From Spirochaetia bacterium (GTDB taxonomy: Bacteria; Spirochaetota; Spirochaetia; JABMQR01), in the NCBI GenBank assembly GCA_021736525.1, contig JAIPFR010000002.1, positions 1 through 62,468 on the forward strand: a DNA stretch of 62,468 nucleotides. Reading direction: 5' to 3'. The notes beneath the pieces were generated by a model that saw only the letters and a program-made list of their open reading frames with translations, ran no database searches and was not told where the DNA came from. Positions 24,562-34,184 of this stretch are shown in pieces. The translations under genes and the position numbers were made by a program. The stretch's first letter is position 1. Each line of letters opens with the position of its first letter.

Positions 24562-25743
24562 ATGAAGTTCATGAAACTGCGGTATATGATCAGCCTGTTT
24601 TTCTTTTATGCAATGTATGCCGTTATTGTACCCTATTTTCAAATATTTCTGTATGGTAAAGGTCTCTCTCCTTCAGAAACTGGATTAGTTATCGGTGTCT
24701 GGGAGATCGCCGGCATAGCTGGTCCCCTGCTGCTCGGAGCCTTGGTGGATCGATCCGGACGATTCAGGTCAGTTCTTCTCGGATGTTCTCTTGTCGGGTC
24801 TTTGCTCATGCTGGTTATGGTTCCCATCGATTCTATCTTCGCCGTTACTGCTTTGACAGCCCTGTTCGGTTTTGCCTTCAAGCCTCTGCTTTCCATCAAT
24901 GACTCCATGATAAGCTATGCATTGGCTGATCCGGAGCATGACTATGGGCATGTGCGTGTTGCCGGCAGTATTGGATTCGGGGCAGTAATGCTCTTTTTTG
25001 AGATTACTGGAATATTTAACTCTCCCAGTCCAATCATGATAGCTCGTGGAGCAGCAATTCTGGGAATATTCTATCTCCTGACAATTTCCATTATCCCCCC
25101 TGCCTTTCACGCAAGAACATCCAGGAAAACATCCGTGCTGAATTCTGCAGGAAAAGGTGAGAAAGCTCAAATGCCCTCCCTTTTTTATGTGCTGGCAGCG
25201 GCTGTCTTCCTGGGTCGAATGGGATTTACCAGTTACTACTCATTTTTCTCCCTGTTTCTGCAGGAAGAGCTCAAGGTAGAGAATGTCGGTATATTCTGGA
25301 TGATAGCAGTTGCAGCAGAGATAATTCCAATCATGTTTGCCGGGAAAATTATAAGAATAACCGGGAGATATCGGGCCTTGCTCATGGGATTAGCGGCCAT
25401 GATTTTAAGAATGCTTATTTACAGCTTTTCGCAGTCCCTGGTTATTATTGGAGCCGCCCAGCTGCTTCACAGTCTGACATTCGGGCTTACACACGTTGCC
25501 TGCATCAGCTATATCAATGAAAAAGTTCCGCAAAGTAAAAAAACGCTGGCAATGAGTATATACCTCTCCATAGCTTGGGGTTTAGGGGCTTTTCTCGGAA
25601 GCCCGGTCGGAGGCCTTCTCGTGGAGGTGTACGGGTTCAGCCGCATGTTTCTGCTTATGACTATTCTGCCTCTGGCAGGTATGCTGCTAATTATTATGTA
25701 TGATATTCTTGCAGTAAAAAAAAGATGGGAACGCCTTGGTTGA
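24562..25743 (+). CDS. MFS transporter (MFS_1-like / PPP-family-like)
   Basis: 393 aa, about 12 predicted TM helices. Loop GALVDRSGRFR lies between TM2 and TM3. Confidence 0.75.
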   Translation: MKFMKLRYMISLFFFYAMYAVIVPYFQIFLYGKGLSPSETGLVIGVWEIAGIAGPLLLGALVDRSGRFRSVLLGCSLVGSLLMLVMVPIDSIFAVTALTALFGFAFKPLLSINDSMISYALADPEHDYGHVRVAGSIGFGAVMLFFEITGIFNSPSPIMIARGAAILGIFYLLTISIIPPAFHARTSRKTSVLNSAGKGEKAQMPSLFYVLAAAVFLGRMGFTSYYSFFSLFLQEELKVENVGIFWMIAVAAEIIPIMFAGKIIRITGRYRALLMGLAAMILRMLIYSFSQSLVIIGAAQLLHSLTFGLTHVACISYINEKVPQSKKTLAMSIYLSIAWGLGAFLGSPVGGLLVEVYGFSRMFLLMTILPLAGMLLIIMYDILAVKKRWERLG

Positions 25744-25788
25744 ACTTACAGAATATTGTTCCCATCTTGAAATTCTGAGAATGTGCCT

Positions 25789-26451
25789 CTACGGAAATCG
25801 TTTTGTGTAGCTGTGACAGTAGGGCAGGCTTCCTTTAGTTTCGTAGTAATCCTGATGGTAGGTTTCTGCCGGCCAGAAGGTTTTGGCTGGCTTAACCATG
25901 GTAGCGACATCATAGCCCTCATGTTCCAGAATGGCAATCAATTTATCCACGATTGACCGTTCTTCATCATTGTTATAGAAAACAACTGAAAGATACTGTT
26001 CACCTATATCCGGCCCCTGCCCGTCAGTTTGTGTGGGATCGTGAATTTCAAAAAAGAACTTTGTCAGTTCTTCATATGAAATTATATCCGGATTATAGAA
26101 GACCTGAACGGCTTCCACATGCCCGGTTGTCTGACTGAGCACTTCGTAGTAGGTGGGGTTTTCTTTATTTCCGCCGGTATAGCCGGAAATGACATCATAT
26201 ACACCGTCCAGACTCTCCAAATAATACTCCACCCCCCAAAAGCAGCCGCCTGCATATATAGCCGAAGCGCTTGGTCCATCGGACTCTTTAATAACCGGTC
26301 TTGCCGGCGTCGAGGAGGCTGCATCAGGTTTTTCTGATTCGCGATTTGCCTGGGCGAAAGCAAAAGACCCATAAGTGCCACCGCTGAAAACCAGCATAGC
26401 AGCCATGATTATTCCGGAAATGGACAACCTGAGTAATATTTTTTTTATCAT
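25789..26451 (-). CDS. msrA: peptide-methionine (S)-S-oxide reductase, secreted form
   Basis: 220 aa. N-terminal signal or anchor segment. Catalytic GGCFWGVEYY, then HDPTQ...GQGPD.G.QY. Confidence 0.88.
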   Translation of the reverse strand: MIKKILLRLSISGIIMAAMLVFSGGTYGSFAFAQANRESEKPDAASSTPARPVIKESDGPSASAIYAGGCFWGVEYYLESLDGVYDVISGYTGGNKENPTYYEVLSQTTGHVEAVQVFYNPDIISYEELTKFFFEIHDPTQTDGQGPDIGEQYLSVVFYNNDEERSIVDKLIAILEHEGYDVATMVKPAKTFWPAETYHQDYYETKGSLPYCHSYTKRFP

Positions 26452-26646
26452 AAGTATGCACTCTCCTTACTTCGGTTCTATGGCGATCGGTGTAAAAATC
26501 CACGATGATGTAAGATTCACACTTTTCGTCCCGTTTGCTGCAGCGATTGAATGAGTATATAATATAGGTACAGCGGCAGCGAAAAGACAACTGCCGAATA
26601 TAACAATTTCCGACGGGATGCTGTTCCCGTCGGTCAGGAGCAGTCA

Positions 26647-27546
26647 ATGGCAGATTTTTTACTTGAAGAGTTGGGCGGCAGAACCTACTATATTCCCGGT
26701 CCGGTTAATATTGGTCTGTATGTTGATGAAGGAAATGTCTATCTGATTGACAGCGGAAATGATAAAGATGCCGGAAGAAAAGTCGGAAAAATTATCAGAG
26801 AACGCGGTTGGAACCTTGAGATGATCATAAATACACACTCAAATGCTGATCATATCGGGGGCAATCAATTTTTGCAAAAATCATTTTCTTGTCGAATAGG
26901 GGCCTCACAAAAAGAAATACCCTTTATTGAGTATCCGGAATTTGAACCGATGTTTCTGTGGGGAGGATATCCGCACCGAAAGATTGAGCATAAGTTTCTG
27001 CAGGCTCAACCGTCCCATGTGACAGATGTTCTGGCTGCCGGACAAACACTGGGAGACAGCGGGCTGGGAATTGTCGGCCTGCCAGGGCATTTTATTGACA
27101 TGATTGGTATTAATACTCCCGATGGAATCCTTTTTGCTGCTGATGCACTGTTTTCCGAACACATAATAAACAAGTATCACATATTTTATCTTTTTGATTT
27201 GGAGCAGTTTCTCAGCACGCTGAATTATCTTGATCAATGTACCGGCCGGATTATTGTTCCCTCTCATGCTCTGCCGGCTGAGAGTAGGGAAGATCTTCAC
27301 GCGCTCATCGAAATAAACAGGAATAAAATAGCAGAAATATGCCAGGTTATTGAAAACATATGCAAAGAGCCTAAATCTCCGGACGAAATTATTGCAGATA
27401 TATGCAGCTGGTACCATCTGGAGATGAGTTCTGCACAGTATGTACTGATTGGCAGCACCGTACGATCCTATTTAGGATATCTGGAAAAAAAAGAACGCAT
27501 CAGGACCATTCCAGAAGCCTATATGATGAAATGGCTTTCTACATGA
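26647..27546 (+). CDS. MBL-fold metallo-hydrolase
   Basis: 299 aa. IINTHSNADHIGGNQF (HxHxDH-type motif) and LPGHF. Confidence 0.75.
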   Translation: MADFLLEELGGRTYYIPGPVNIGLYVDEGNVYLIDSGNDKDAGRKVGKIIRERGWNLEMIINTHSNADHIGGNQFLQKSFSCRIGASQKEIPFIEYPEFEPMFLWGGYPHRKIEHKFLQAQPSHVTDVLAAGQTLGDSGLGIVGLPGHFIDMIGINTPDGILFAADALFSEHIINKYHIFYLFDLEQFLSTLNYLDQCTGRIIVPSHALPAESREDLHALIEINRNKIAEICQVIENICKEPKSPDEIIADICSWYHLEMSSAQYVLIGSTVRSYLGYLEKKERIRTIPEAYMMKWLST

Positions 27547-27620
27547 AAGGCATTTCCGGCCGGAAAGAACGATGTCTCAGAGTATGCGCAGCATCACGTT
27601 GAACTATTGTTTTGTGCCTC

Positions 27621-27649
27621 TTGACACCATGCCCCGCCTTAAATAGTAT
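27621..27649 (+). promoter_or_regulatory. candidate promoter for alaS, placing the TSS at or next to the ATG (leaderless)
   Basis: TTGACA (27621-27626), 17-nt spacer, TAGTAT (27644-27649), then 7 nt to ATG at 27657. No SD. Confidence 0.45.
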
Positions 27650-27656
27650 CAACGCT

Positions 27657-29447
27657 ATGAAAGCTGATCAATTGCGCCAAAAATATATCCAATTCTTTGT
27701 TGAAAAGAATCATACGCAGATTTCCGGCCAGTCGCTGATCCCGGAAAATGACCCTACAGTCCTCTTCACTACCGCTGGTATGCACCCGCTTGTTCCCTAC
27801 ATTCTGGGAGAGCCGCATCCCGGCGGGAGCCGCCTTGTTGATTACCAGAAATGCATCCGGACCGGAGATATTGAGGCGGTTGGTGACCCCAGCCACCTGA
27901 CTTTTTTTGAAATGCTTGGAAACTGGTCACTTGGCGATTACTTCAAGGATGAAGCTGTCCGTATGAGCTATGAATTTCTCACTTCCCCCCGCTGGCTCGG
28001 TCTGGATCCGGAAAAACTTTCAGTAACCGTGTTTGCCGGAGAGGAAGGAATTTCCCGGGATGATTATACCGCCGATATTTGGCGTTCTCTCGGCATTCCC
28101 GACGAGCGGATCTACTTTCTGCCGCGTGAAGATAACTGGTGGGGACCTGCTGGAGCTACAGGACCCTGCGGGCCGGATTCAGAAATGTTTATTGATACGG
28201 GGAGAGAAGCCTGCGGTCCCGACTGCATACCAGGCTGCTCATGCGGAAAATATTTTGAAATCTGGAACGATGTCTTTATGCAGTACCGCAAGACAGAACA
28301 GGGAACCTACGAGCAGATGGACCGTAAGTGTGTTGATACAGGAATGGGTATTGAACGAACCATTGCGATTTTGCAGGGTAAGCAGTCTGTCTATGAGACA
28401 GAACTCTTTTCCGGGATAATTGCCGCGATCGAAAAACTTTCCGGAAAGCACTACGGAGAGGACGAGTTGACTGATGTATCCATAAGGATTATTGCCGATC
28501 ATCTTAGAACGTCAGTTTTCATTCTAGGAGATGAGCGGGGTGTCGTTCCGTCCAATCTCGGGCAGGGCTATATTCTCCGTCGCCTAATACGGCGTGCTGT
28601 CCGGCACAGCCGTAAACTTGATATACATGATTTTTTTCTCGGTGATCTTTCGGATTATGTTATTGACCAGTATTGCGGGCCTTACCCTGAACTTGAACCT
28701 AATCGAGGTTTTGTCAAAGCTGAATTGAAGGCAGAAGAGGAAAAATTTCTAAAAACTCTTCTGAAGGGGGAACATGAATTTGAAAAAATGCTCCCCAACT
28801 TGATGAAAGGCAAAACAAGAACAATCCCCGGTCGACTAGCATTCAAACTTTATGACACCTATGGTTTTCCGCTGGAACTGACCGAAGAACTGGCTGCTGA
28901 ACACCAGTTCAGCGTGGATAGGGAGGGATTTGCCAAGGCTTTCGAGAAACATCAGGAAGCATCTCGTGCAGGAGCTGAAAAAACTTTTAAAGGCGGGCTG
29001 GCCGATAATTCTGAGATGACCACCGCTCTGCATACTGCAACGCATCTTCTGCATCAGGCTCTTAGAATTGTACTAGGGTCTCATGTTGGACAGAAAGGGA
29101 GTAATATTACTCCCGACCGTCTGCGTTTCGATTTTACTCATCATGACAAAATGTCGGGTGGAGAGATTCAGCAGGTTGAGGATATCGTCAATGAACAGAT
29201 ACAACGAAACCTGCCTGTTGAAATGGAAATGATGAGTGTTGAAGAGGCCAAGGAAGCAGGTGCTATCGCCTTTTTTGAAAGCAAGTACGGAGAGCAGGTA
29301 AAAGTCTACAGTGTTGGAGATTTTTCTAAAGAGGTCTGCGGAGGACCCCATGTCAGGAACACGTCTGAGATGGGAACCTTCAAGATACTGAAAGAGCAGT
29401 CTTCTTCAGCCGGTGTGCGAAGGATTAAAGCTGTCCTTGAAAGATAG
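27657..29447 (+). CDS. alaS: alanine--tRNA ligase, short form (596 aa, no C-Ala domain)
   Basis: ORF 27612..29447. ATG at 27657 gives the canonical N-terminus MKADQLRQKYIQFFVEKNHTQ. Motifs FTTAGMHPL, the editing-domain HTATHLLHQALR and CGGPHV. The protein ends shortly after the editing domain. Confidence 0.9.
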   Translation: MKADQLRQKYIQFFVEKNHTQISGQSLIPENDPTVLFTTAGMHPLVPYILGEPHPGGSRLVDYQKCIRTGDIEAVGDPSHLTFFEMLGNWSLGDYFKDEAVRMSYEFLTSPRWLGLDPEKLSVTVFAGEEGISRDDYTADIWRSLGIPDERIYFLPREDNWWGPAGATGPCGPDSEMFIDTGREACGPDCIPGCSCGKYFEIWNDVFMQYRKTEQGTYEQMDRKCVDTGMGIERTIAILQGKQSVYETELFSGIIAAIEKLSGKHYGEDELTDVSIRIIADHLRTSVFILGDERGVVPSNLGQGYILRRLIRRAVRHSRKLDIHDFFLGDLSDYVIDQYCGPYPELEPNRGFVKAELKAEEEKFLKTLLKGEHEFEKMLPNLMKGKTRTIPGRLAFKLYDTYGFPLELTEELAAEHQFSVDREGFAKAFEKHQEASRAGAEKTFKGGLADNSEMTTALHTATHLLHQALRIVLGSHVGQKGSNITPDRLRFDFTHHDKMSGGEIQQVEDIVNEQIQRNLPVEMEMMSVEEAKEAGAIAFFESKYGEQVKVYSVGDFSKEVCGGPHVRNTSEMGTFKILKEQSSSAGVRRIKAVLER

Positions 29448-29559
29448 TCGGACAGCTGATTGATCTATTTCGTTCCAATTTTTTTTCAGATTATGAACAG
29501 AACTTATGAACAGAACTGAATAGTAACGAGAAAGGTGCTTTCTTCAGAATTGATGATAA

Positions 29560-30660
29560 TCAGATTTGCTCGTTCAGCTTCGTAACCGGGTGAATATGGT
29601 GGAGAGAGCTTCCTGTGCCGGCTAACTGGCCGCAGGCACCGCTGATGCCCCTCCCTCTCCGATAACGACGAGTTACTCGCAGCCCCGCATGTTCAACACA
29701 TGAACAGAACCGTTCAGTAGAATTCTTCGATGGTTCGTTGTAGGGAAGTCCAGCTCCAGGGTTCCATGGTATAACATTGACAACACATTCCAGATCCCTG
29801 GCAAACTGCACCAGCTGTCGACAGGCCGCATCAGAATCATTTACTCCGCCAAGAAGCACATATTCTAAAGTAATGCGCTTCTTCCGAATATTCTGATAAT
29901 GGAGCAGAGCCTCATGAAGTTCCGGCAGCGGTGCTCTGCTGTTGATCGGCATGAGCCTGGTTCTCAGATCGTTATCAGCGGAGGTGAGAGAGACCGCGAG
30001 CCTGATGGGTACTGAGAGGCTTTCAGCCAGGAAGCGGATACCATCTGGAATTCCGCAGGTAGACAGCGTTATTCGGCGAGCACTGATATTAAGACCTTCA
30101 GAAAAGTGAAAGATTTCTATAGAACGAGCTGTTTCGTATATATTAGCCAGTGGTTCTCCCATACCCATAAACACTATGTGAGAAGGCTGTCCGGCTATTT
30201 CGGAAAGATGATAGAATTGCTCAACAATTTCCGAAGCCGTCAGATTACGTTCAAGCCCCAGCTCGGCAGTTCTGCAAAAGGTGCAGCCCATGGCACAGCC
30301 TATTTGAGATGAGATGCAGGCAGTTTTTCGCCCCTCCTCATCTATAAGCAGCACACTTTCAACAAAGAGACCGTCATGAAGTTTTATAAGAAGCTTTACG
30401 GTTCCGTCAGCATCTGTCTGCTGCTTGACAACCTTGGAAGTACAGGCTGTTTCCCCATAGCGGTCGATAAGGCTTCGGCGTAGGGCTGCAGGAAGATTTT
30501 TCATTTCATCAAATTTGAACGTACCGCTCGAAAACCAGGTGAAAAGTTGACGGCCGCGAAAAGAAGGCTCCTGTGAGATTAATTCAGAAAGTTCATTCGG
30601 GAAGAGAGCTGAAAGACCCTGATGGTCAGTTCTGGATTTCATCAAGTAGGTTTTTGACAT
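29560..30660 (-). CDS. rlmN: 23S rRNA/tRNA (adenine-C2)-methyltransferase RlmN (radical SAM)
   Basis: 366 aa. FRGRQLFTWF, radical-SAM CxxxCxxC (GCAMGCTFC), MGMGEPL and C-terminal ACGQL. Confidence 0.88.
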   Translation of the reverse strand: MSKTYLMKSRTDHQGLSALFPNELSELISQEPSFRGRQLFTWFSSGTFKFDEMKNLPAALRRSLIDRYGETACTSKVVKQQTDADGTVKLLIKLHDGLFVESVLLIDEEGRKTACISSQIGCAMGCTFCRTAELGLERNLTASEIVEQFYHLSEIAGQPSHIVFMGMGEPLANIYETARSIEIFHFSEGLNISARRITLSTCGIPDGIRFLAESLSVPIRLAVSLTSADNDLRTRLMPINSRAPLPELHEALLHYQNIRKKRITLEYVLLGGVNDSDAACRQLVQFARDLECVVNVIPWNPGAGLPYNEPSKNSTERFCSCVEHAGLRVTRRYRRGRGISGACGQLAGTGSSLHHIHPVTKLNEQI

Positions 30661-31795
30661 AAATATTATGCAGTCCCAGATTGTGAAAATCTTTCAGTAT
30701 TTGGATGGCCTTAGCTTTATACCCCTGTTCGAGGTAGCAATTTGCCGCTTCAATGTAGAGCCGATGATTTTTCCGGTCTCTGCTGATAAGATCATGAAGT
30801 TTATCCAGAGCTTCGGTGTATTCACCGTTTTCCTTATGGATAGAAACAAGTCCCAGAACCGCATAGTAGTCGAAACTGATTTCCAGAGCTCGATCATAGC
30901 ACTCTTTAGCTTTTCTTAAATCTTTAAGAACCCGGTAAGCATCTCCGGCTCGGGTGAGGATAACCTTATTCTGTGGATCGTTATCGAGGATTTTCAGCCA
31001 GTAAGCCAGTGATTGTTCATACTGCCGCAACCCGCGATGGCAGTCAGCAGCACCGAAAAGTGCAAAAAAGTTATTTTTATCCTTTTCCAGGGCAAGAAGA
31101 AAATAACTGAGGCCCTCTTTGAACGTTTTTAGTTTTCTGTGGCAGTTGCCTATTGAAGTCAGAACCCTGATATCAACTGACGCTGGATTAACACGATAAA
31201 CCTGTTCCCAGAAGGTCAGGGCAGATTCATATACCTCAAAATCAAAATAGAGATGACCAAGTCCTATGAGGGCATAGGCATTGTTCTCATCGATTTCCAG
31301 AACCATATCATAATACTTTTTTGAATTCCTGAAATCCTTTAATTTACGATAGGTATCGGCAACCCTGGTAAGAACTGTTATGTTCTGAGGGTCTTTTTCC
31401 AGATACTTTTGCCAGGCTGCAATGGCTTCCGGTAACTTTTTCTGAGCTTTGTAGCTGTCAGCCAGGCCAAAATAGGCATAATTATTGGAGGGATGATAGC
31501 TCAGGCATTCTTTATATTGTTTGACAGCCTGTGAGTAGCGCCGTTTTTTTCTGTTGATATCACCGAGCCCTACCAGGGCATAGTTGTTTTTCGGGTATGC
31601 CTGCAGTATCTGCTGAAAGAGTTTCTCTGCTTCTTCAACTAAATTTTCCTTCAGCATATGATAAGCACGCTTTGAAAGTTGGGTTACTTCAGAAATCTCA
31701 TCTGATCCTTGTTCTGAATCATCTGAATTCATCAGTTCCTCATCGATTTGCAGCTCGTCACTAGTTAACTGATATTGATCTGTACTGTTTTTCAT
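30626..31795 (-). CDS. tetratricopeptide (TPR) repeat protein
   Basis: 389 aa. About 9 tandem 34-aa units with the A..Y...L...P.N..A pattern. Acidic N-terminus. The stop overlaps the rlmN start region by 35 nt. Confidence 0.8.
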   Translation of the reverse strand: MKNSTDQYQLTSDELQIDEELMNSDDSEQGSDEISEVTQLSKRAYHMLKENLVEEAEKLFQQILQAYPKNNYALVGLGDINRKKRRYSQAVKQYKECLSYHPSNNYAYFGLADSYKAQKKLPEAIAAWQKYLEKDPQNITVLTRVADTYRKLKDFRNSKKYYDMVLEIDENNAYALIGLGHLYFDFEVYESALTFWEQVYRVNPASVDIRVLTSIGNCHRKLKTFKEGLSYFLLALEKDKNNFFALFGAADCHRGLRQYEQSLAYWLKILDNDPQNKVILTRAGDAYRVLKDLRKAKECYDRALEISFDYYAVLGLVSIHKENGEYTEALDKLHDLISRDRKNHRLYIEAANCYLEQGYKAKAIQILKDFHNLGLHNIYVKNLLDEIQN

Positions 31796-32077
31796 AACTT
31801 TAGATCCTGATTTTCAGTGTTCGATTGACAGCGGACTGTCTTTTCGATTACTTGTTTAACTTAATTACTTAATAAATAACTATATGAAAGTATAACACTT
31901 AATACGCATAAAATGAAAGCACCGGGTTTGTAGGAATATCGGTAATTTATATCATTAAATCATGAAGTATACAGAGAATAACTGGATTCATGTGTGATCA
32001 GCTGTTTAAAAGTATTGAAATTACTGAGCGGCATCGGTATTATTTATGTATCAAATAAAATTACAAGGAGAGATAAA

Positions 32078-32530
32078 GTGAAGAAAACAGTAATCGCATT
32101 TATTTTATTGGCCGCAATTGTTTTTCCTGCCAGTGCATTTATCGAAGCTGATAAAAATGGCAAGGATATGGGTGTAGGAATCTATCTTGGATCGCCTCTT
32201 GGCATAACCGCCAAATATGATCTGGATCAGGAACTGTCTGTTGTAGGCGGGTTTGGATTCGAATCATCTTTCAAGATTTACGGCGGAGTACAGTATAAAT
32301 TTTTAGAGTTTGCCATCGAGAAACTTGACTTCAACGTCTATGCCGGCGCCAATGCCATTGTCGGCATTTCACCGTTCAGTGTAGGAGTAAATGTGCCTGT
32401 CGGAATTTCTTACTATCTGAAAGATCCTTCCTTGGAACTTTTTCTGGAAGTCGGTCCATCTATAAACTTCACCCCTGCAGGAGTAAGTGCAATAGGAGGA
32501 ATCGGTGCAAGGTATGAATTTGATCTGTAG
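32078..32530 (+). CDS. small outer-membrane beta-barrel-like protein (hypothetical)
   Basis: ORF 31994..32530. GTG at 32078 follows AAGGAGAG and gives VKKTVIAFILLAAIVFPASAF (signal peptide). Alternating Gly/aromatic beta-strand pattern, ending ...GARYEFDL. Confidence 0.6.
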   Translation: MKKTVIAFILLAAIVFPASAFIEADKNGKDMGVGIYLGSPLGITAKYDLDQELSVVGGFGFESSFKIYGGVQYKFLEFAIEKLDFNVYAGANAIVGISPFSVGVNVPVGISYYLKDPSLELFLEVGPSINFTPAGVSAIGGIGARYEFDL

Positions 32531-32534
32531 GTAA

Positions 32535-32570
32535 CTGAGCCAATTTCAAAATACTTCGCATTTTTGAAAT
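32535..32570. repeat. AT-rich palindromic element, GCGAAG-loop subtype, inverse orientation (copy B1)
   Basis: CTGAGCCAATTTCAAAATACTTCGCATTTTTGAAAT. Nearly identical to the reverse complement of copy A, including the flank CTGAGCC. Begins 5 nt after the OMP gene stop. Confidence 0.85.
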
Positions 32571-32655
32571 GCAAACTTCTAACCAAAACGTCGCTCTTGT
32601 TTTTTGCAAGAGCAACAACTGATATATTACAATCTTTTGAGGGCTGAGCTGTCTG

Positions 32656-32691
32656 AGGCAATTTCAAAGTGTAATCATGATGAAATTGCCT
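32656..32691. repeat. AT-rich palindromic element, GATTACA-loop subtype, inverse orientation (copy B2)
   Basis: AGGCAATTTCA-AAGTGTAATCATGA-TGAAATTGCCT. The loop contains TGTAATC, the rc of GATTACA. It is nested inside the 10-bp inverted repeat GAGGGCTGAG (32639-32648) / CTCAGCCCTC (32707-32716). Confidence 0.8.
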
Positions 32692-32730
32692 TATTTATTT
32701 TGGATACTCAGCCCTCAGCGTTTTCCTTTG

Positions 32731-34041
32731 TTACTGCAGAATCGGGCTGCTCGGGGATTGGGTATAGGCATGCAGAGATTTAATCAATCTCTCAGGAAGA
32801 CGTGCGCATACTTCAATACCGGATTCATTGTAAGACTCTTTTTCTATCATACCGCTACGCTTTATCAGCGCCAGTAAATCATACCGGTCAGGCGGAAGCC
32901 AGTAGGTAACTGCCGGATAGGTACTGTTGATGATCCGACTGACAGCTTCTAGGAGTTCATCAAATCCTGTACCATCCTTAACAGAAAGATTTACCGTGAA
33001 CTCGTGTTTTTCCTGGATTCTGAAAAGATTAAACCGGTCCCCTACAAGATCCATTTTATTGCAGACCAGAATCATCGGCTTATCCAGACATCCAAGAGAG
33101 TCAAGAACCTCCATGGTGGTCTGGTAGCTGGTCATGACATCAGAGTGTGAAGCATCAACTACGTGGAGGATGAAATCGGCATAACGGGTCTCTTCCAATG
33201 TAGATCTGAATGCGTCAACAAGATCATGCGGAAGATTCTGGACGAAGCCGACAGTATCAGAGAGCAGAACTTCGGCTCCGCCAGGCAGTTCTATGCGGCG
33301 GGTTGTAGGATCAAGAGTGGCGAACAGTTTATCCTCAATCAGAATATCGGCCCCGGTAAGGGCATGCAGAAGGGAAGATTTTCCTGCATTTGTATACCCG
33401 ACTATTGATCCCGCCGGGACAGGAAGCGATCGACGCTGCTTACGCTGAGTAGTACGATGGGCTTGAACTTTTTTCAGTTCCGCTTTAAGGTGGGCAATTT
33501 TTTTCATAGCCAGTCTTCGGTCAATCTCTAACTGGGTTTCACCCTCACCTCGAGTTCCTTTCGCGCCTCCCCGCTGGCGGGAGAGATGCGTCCAGGCTCT
33601 GGTCAGTCGGGGGAGAGAGTATTCCTGCCGGGCAAGTGCTGCCTGAAGAACTGCCTCGCGGGTAGATGCCCGATCGGCAAAAATCTGGAGAATAACCTCC
33701 TGACGGTCAATTACCGCGTATTGCGTATCCCTTTCCCAGTTGCGCTGCTGACTGGGACTCAAATCGTGATCGAAAATAATACAGTCTGCATCGGCTTCTG
33801 CCGCTAACGCGGTTATCTCTTCTCTTTTTCCTGTTCCTACAAGATAGGTCGAGTTGGGTTCTCGAAGCGGGACGATGATTGAATCTGCGGTCGCCAGCCC
33901 CATAGTACCGACAAGACTTTGCAGTTCCTCTTGTCGGTATTCAGCGTGGCGGTCGTCGATATCTGGTGTTTTAACCGTGACCAAGAGGGCGCGACTCTCC
34001 CTGACCTCTGAAGCATCATACTGAAAACTTGTTTTTGCCAT
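32731..34041 (-). CDS. hflX: GTPase HflX
   Basis: ORF 32731..34080, with ATG at 34041 preferred. HflX N-domain (LIIFDHDLSPSQQRNWE), G1 GYTNAGKSSLL, G3 DTVGF, G4 NKMD. Confidence 0.88.
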   Translation of the reverse strand: MAKTSFQYDASEVRESRALLVTVKTPDIDDRHAEYRQEELQSLVGTMGLATADSIIVPLREPNSTYLVGTGKREEITALAAEADADCIIFDHDLSPSQQRNWERDTQYAVIDRQEVILQIFADRASTREAVLQAALARQEYSLPRLTRAWTHLSRQRGGAKGTRGEGETQLEIDRRLAMKKIAHLKAELKKVQAHRTTQRKQRRSLPVPAGSIVGYTNAGKSSLLHALTGADILIEDKLFATLDPTTRRIELPGGAEVLLSDTVGFVQNLPHDLVDAFRSTLEETRYADFILHVVDASHSDVMTSYQTTMEVLDSLGCLDKPMILVCNKMDLVGDRFNLFRIQEKHEFTVNLSVKDGTGFDELLEAVSRIINSTYPAVTYWLPPDRYDLLALIKRSGMIEKESYNESGIEVCARLPERLIKSLHAYTQSPSSPILQ

Positions 34042-34184
34042 AATTAATAAAACACTAAATGAGGTTACCATAGATGTCAATATGTGATAGGATAATCGAG
34101 CAAAAATCGAACGGGGCAGCGGCTTTGGCAGACAGATAAATTATCTGCTGCAGGCAGTACTCCGGAATATCAGGATGGCCAACA

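Noticed and set aside
29491-29516. Perfect 13-nt tandem duplication TTATGAACAGAAC x2 downstream of alaS.
   Set aside because: It is a single duplication in a convergent intergenic gap. It has no hairpin, no further copies in the window and no obvious function. It is probably a slippage remnant.
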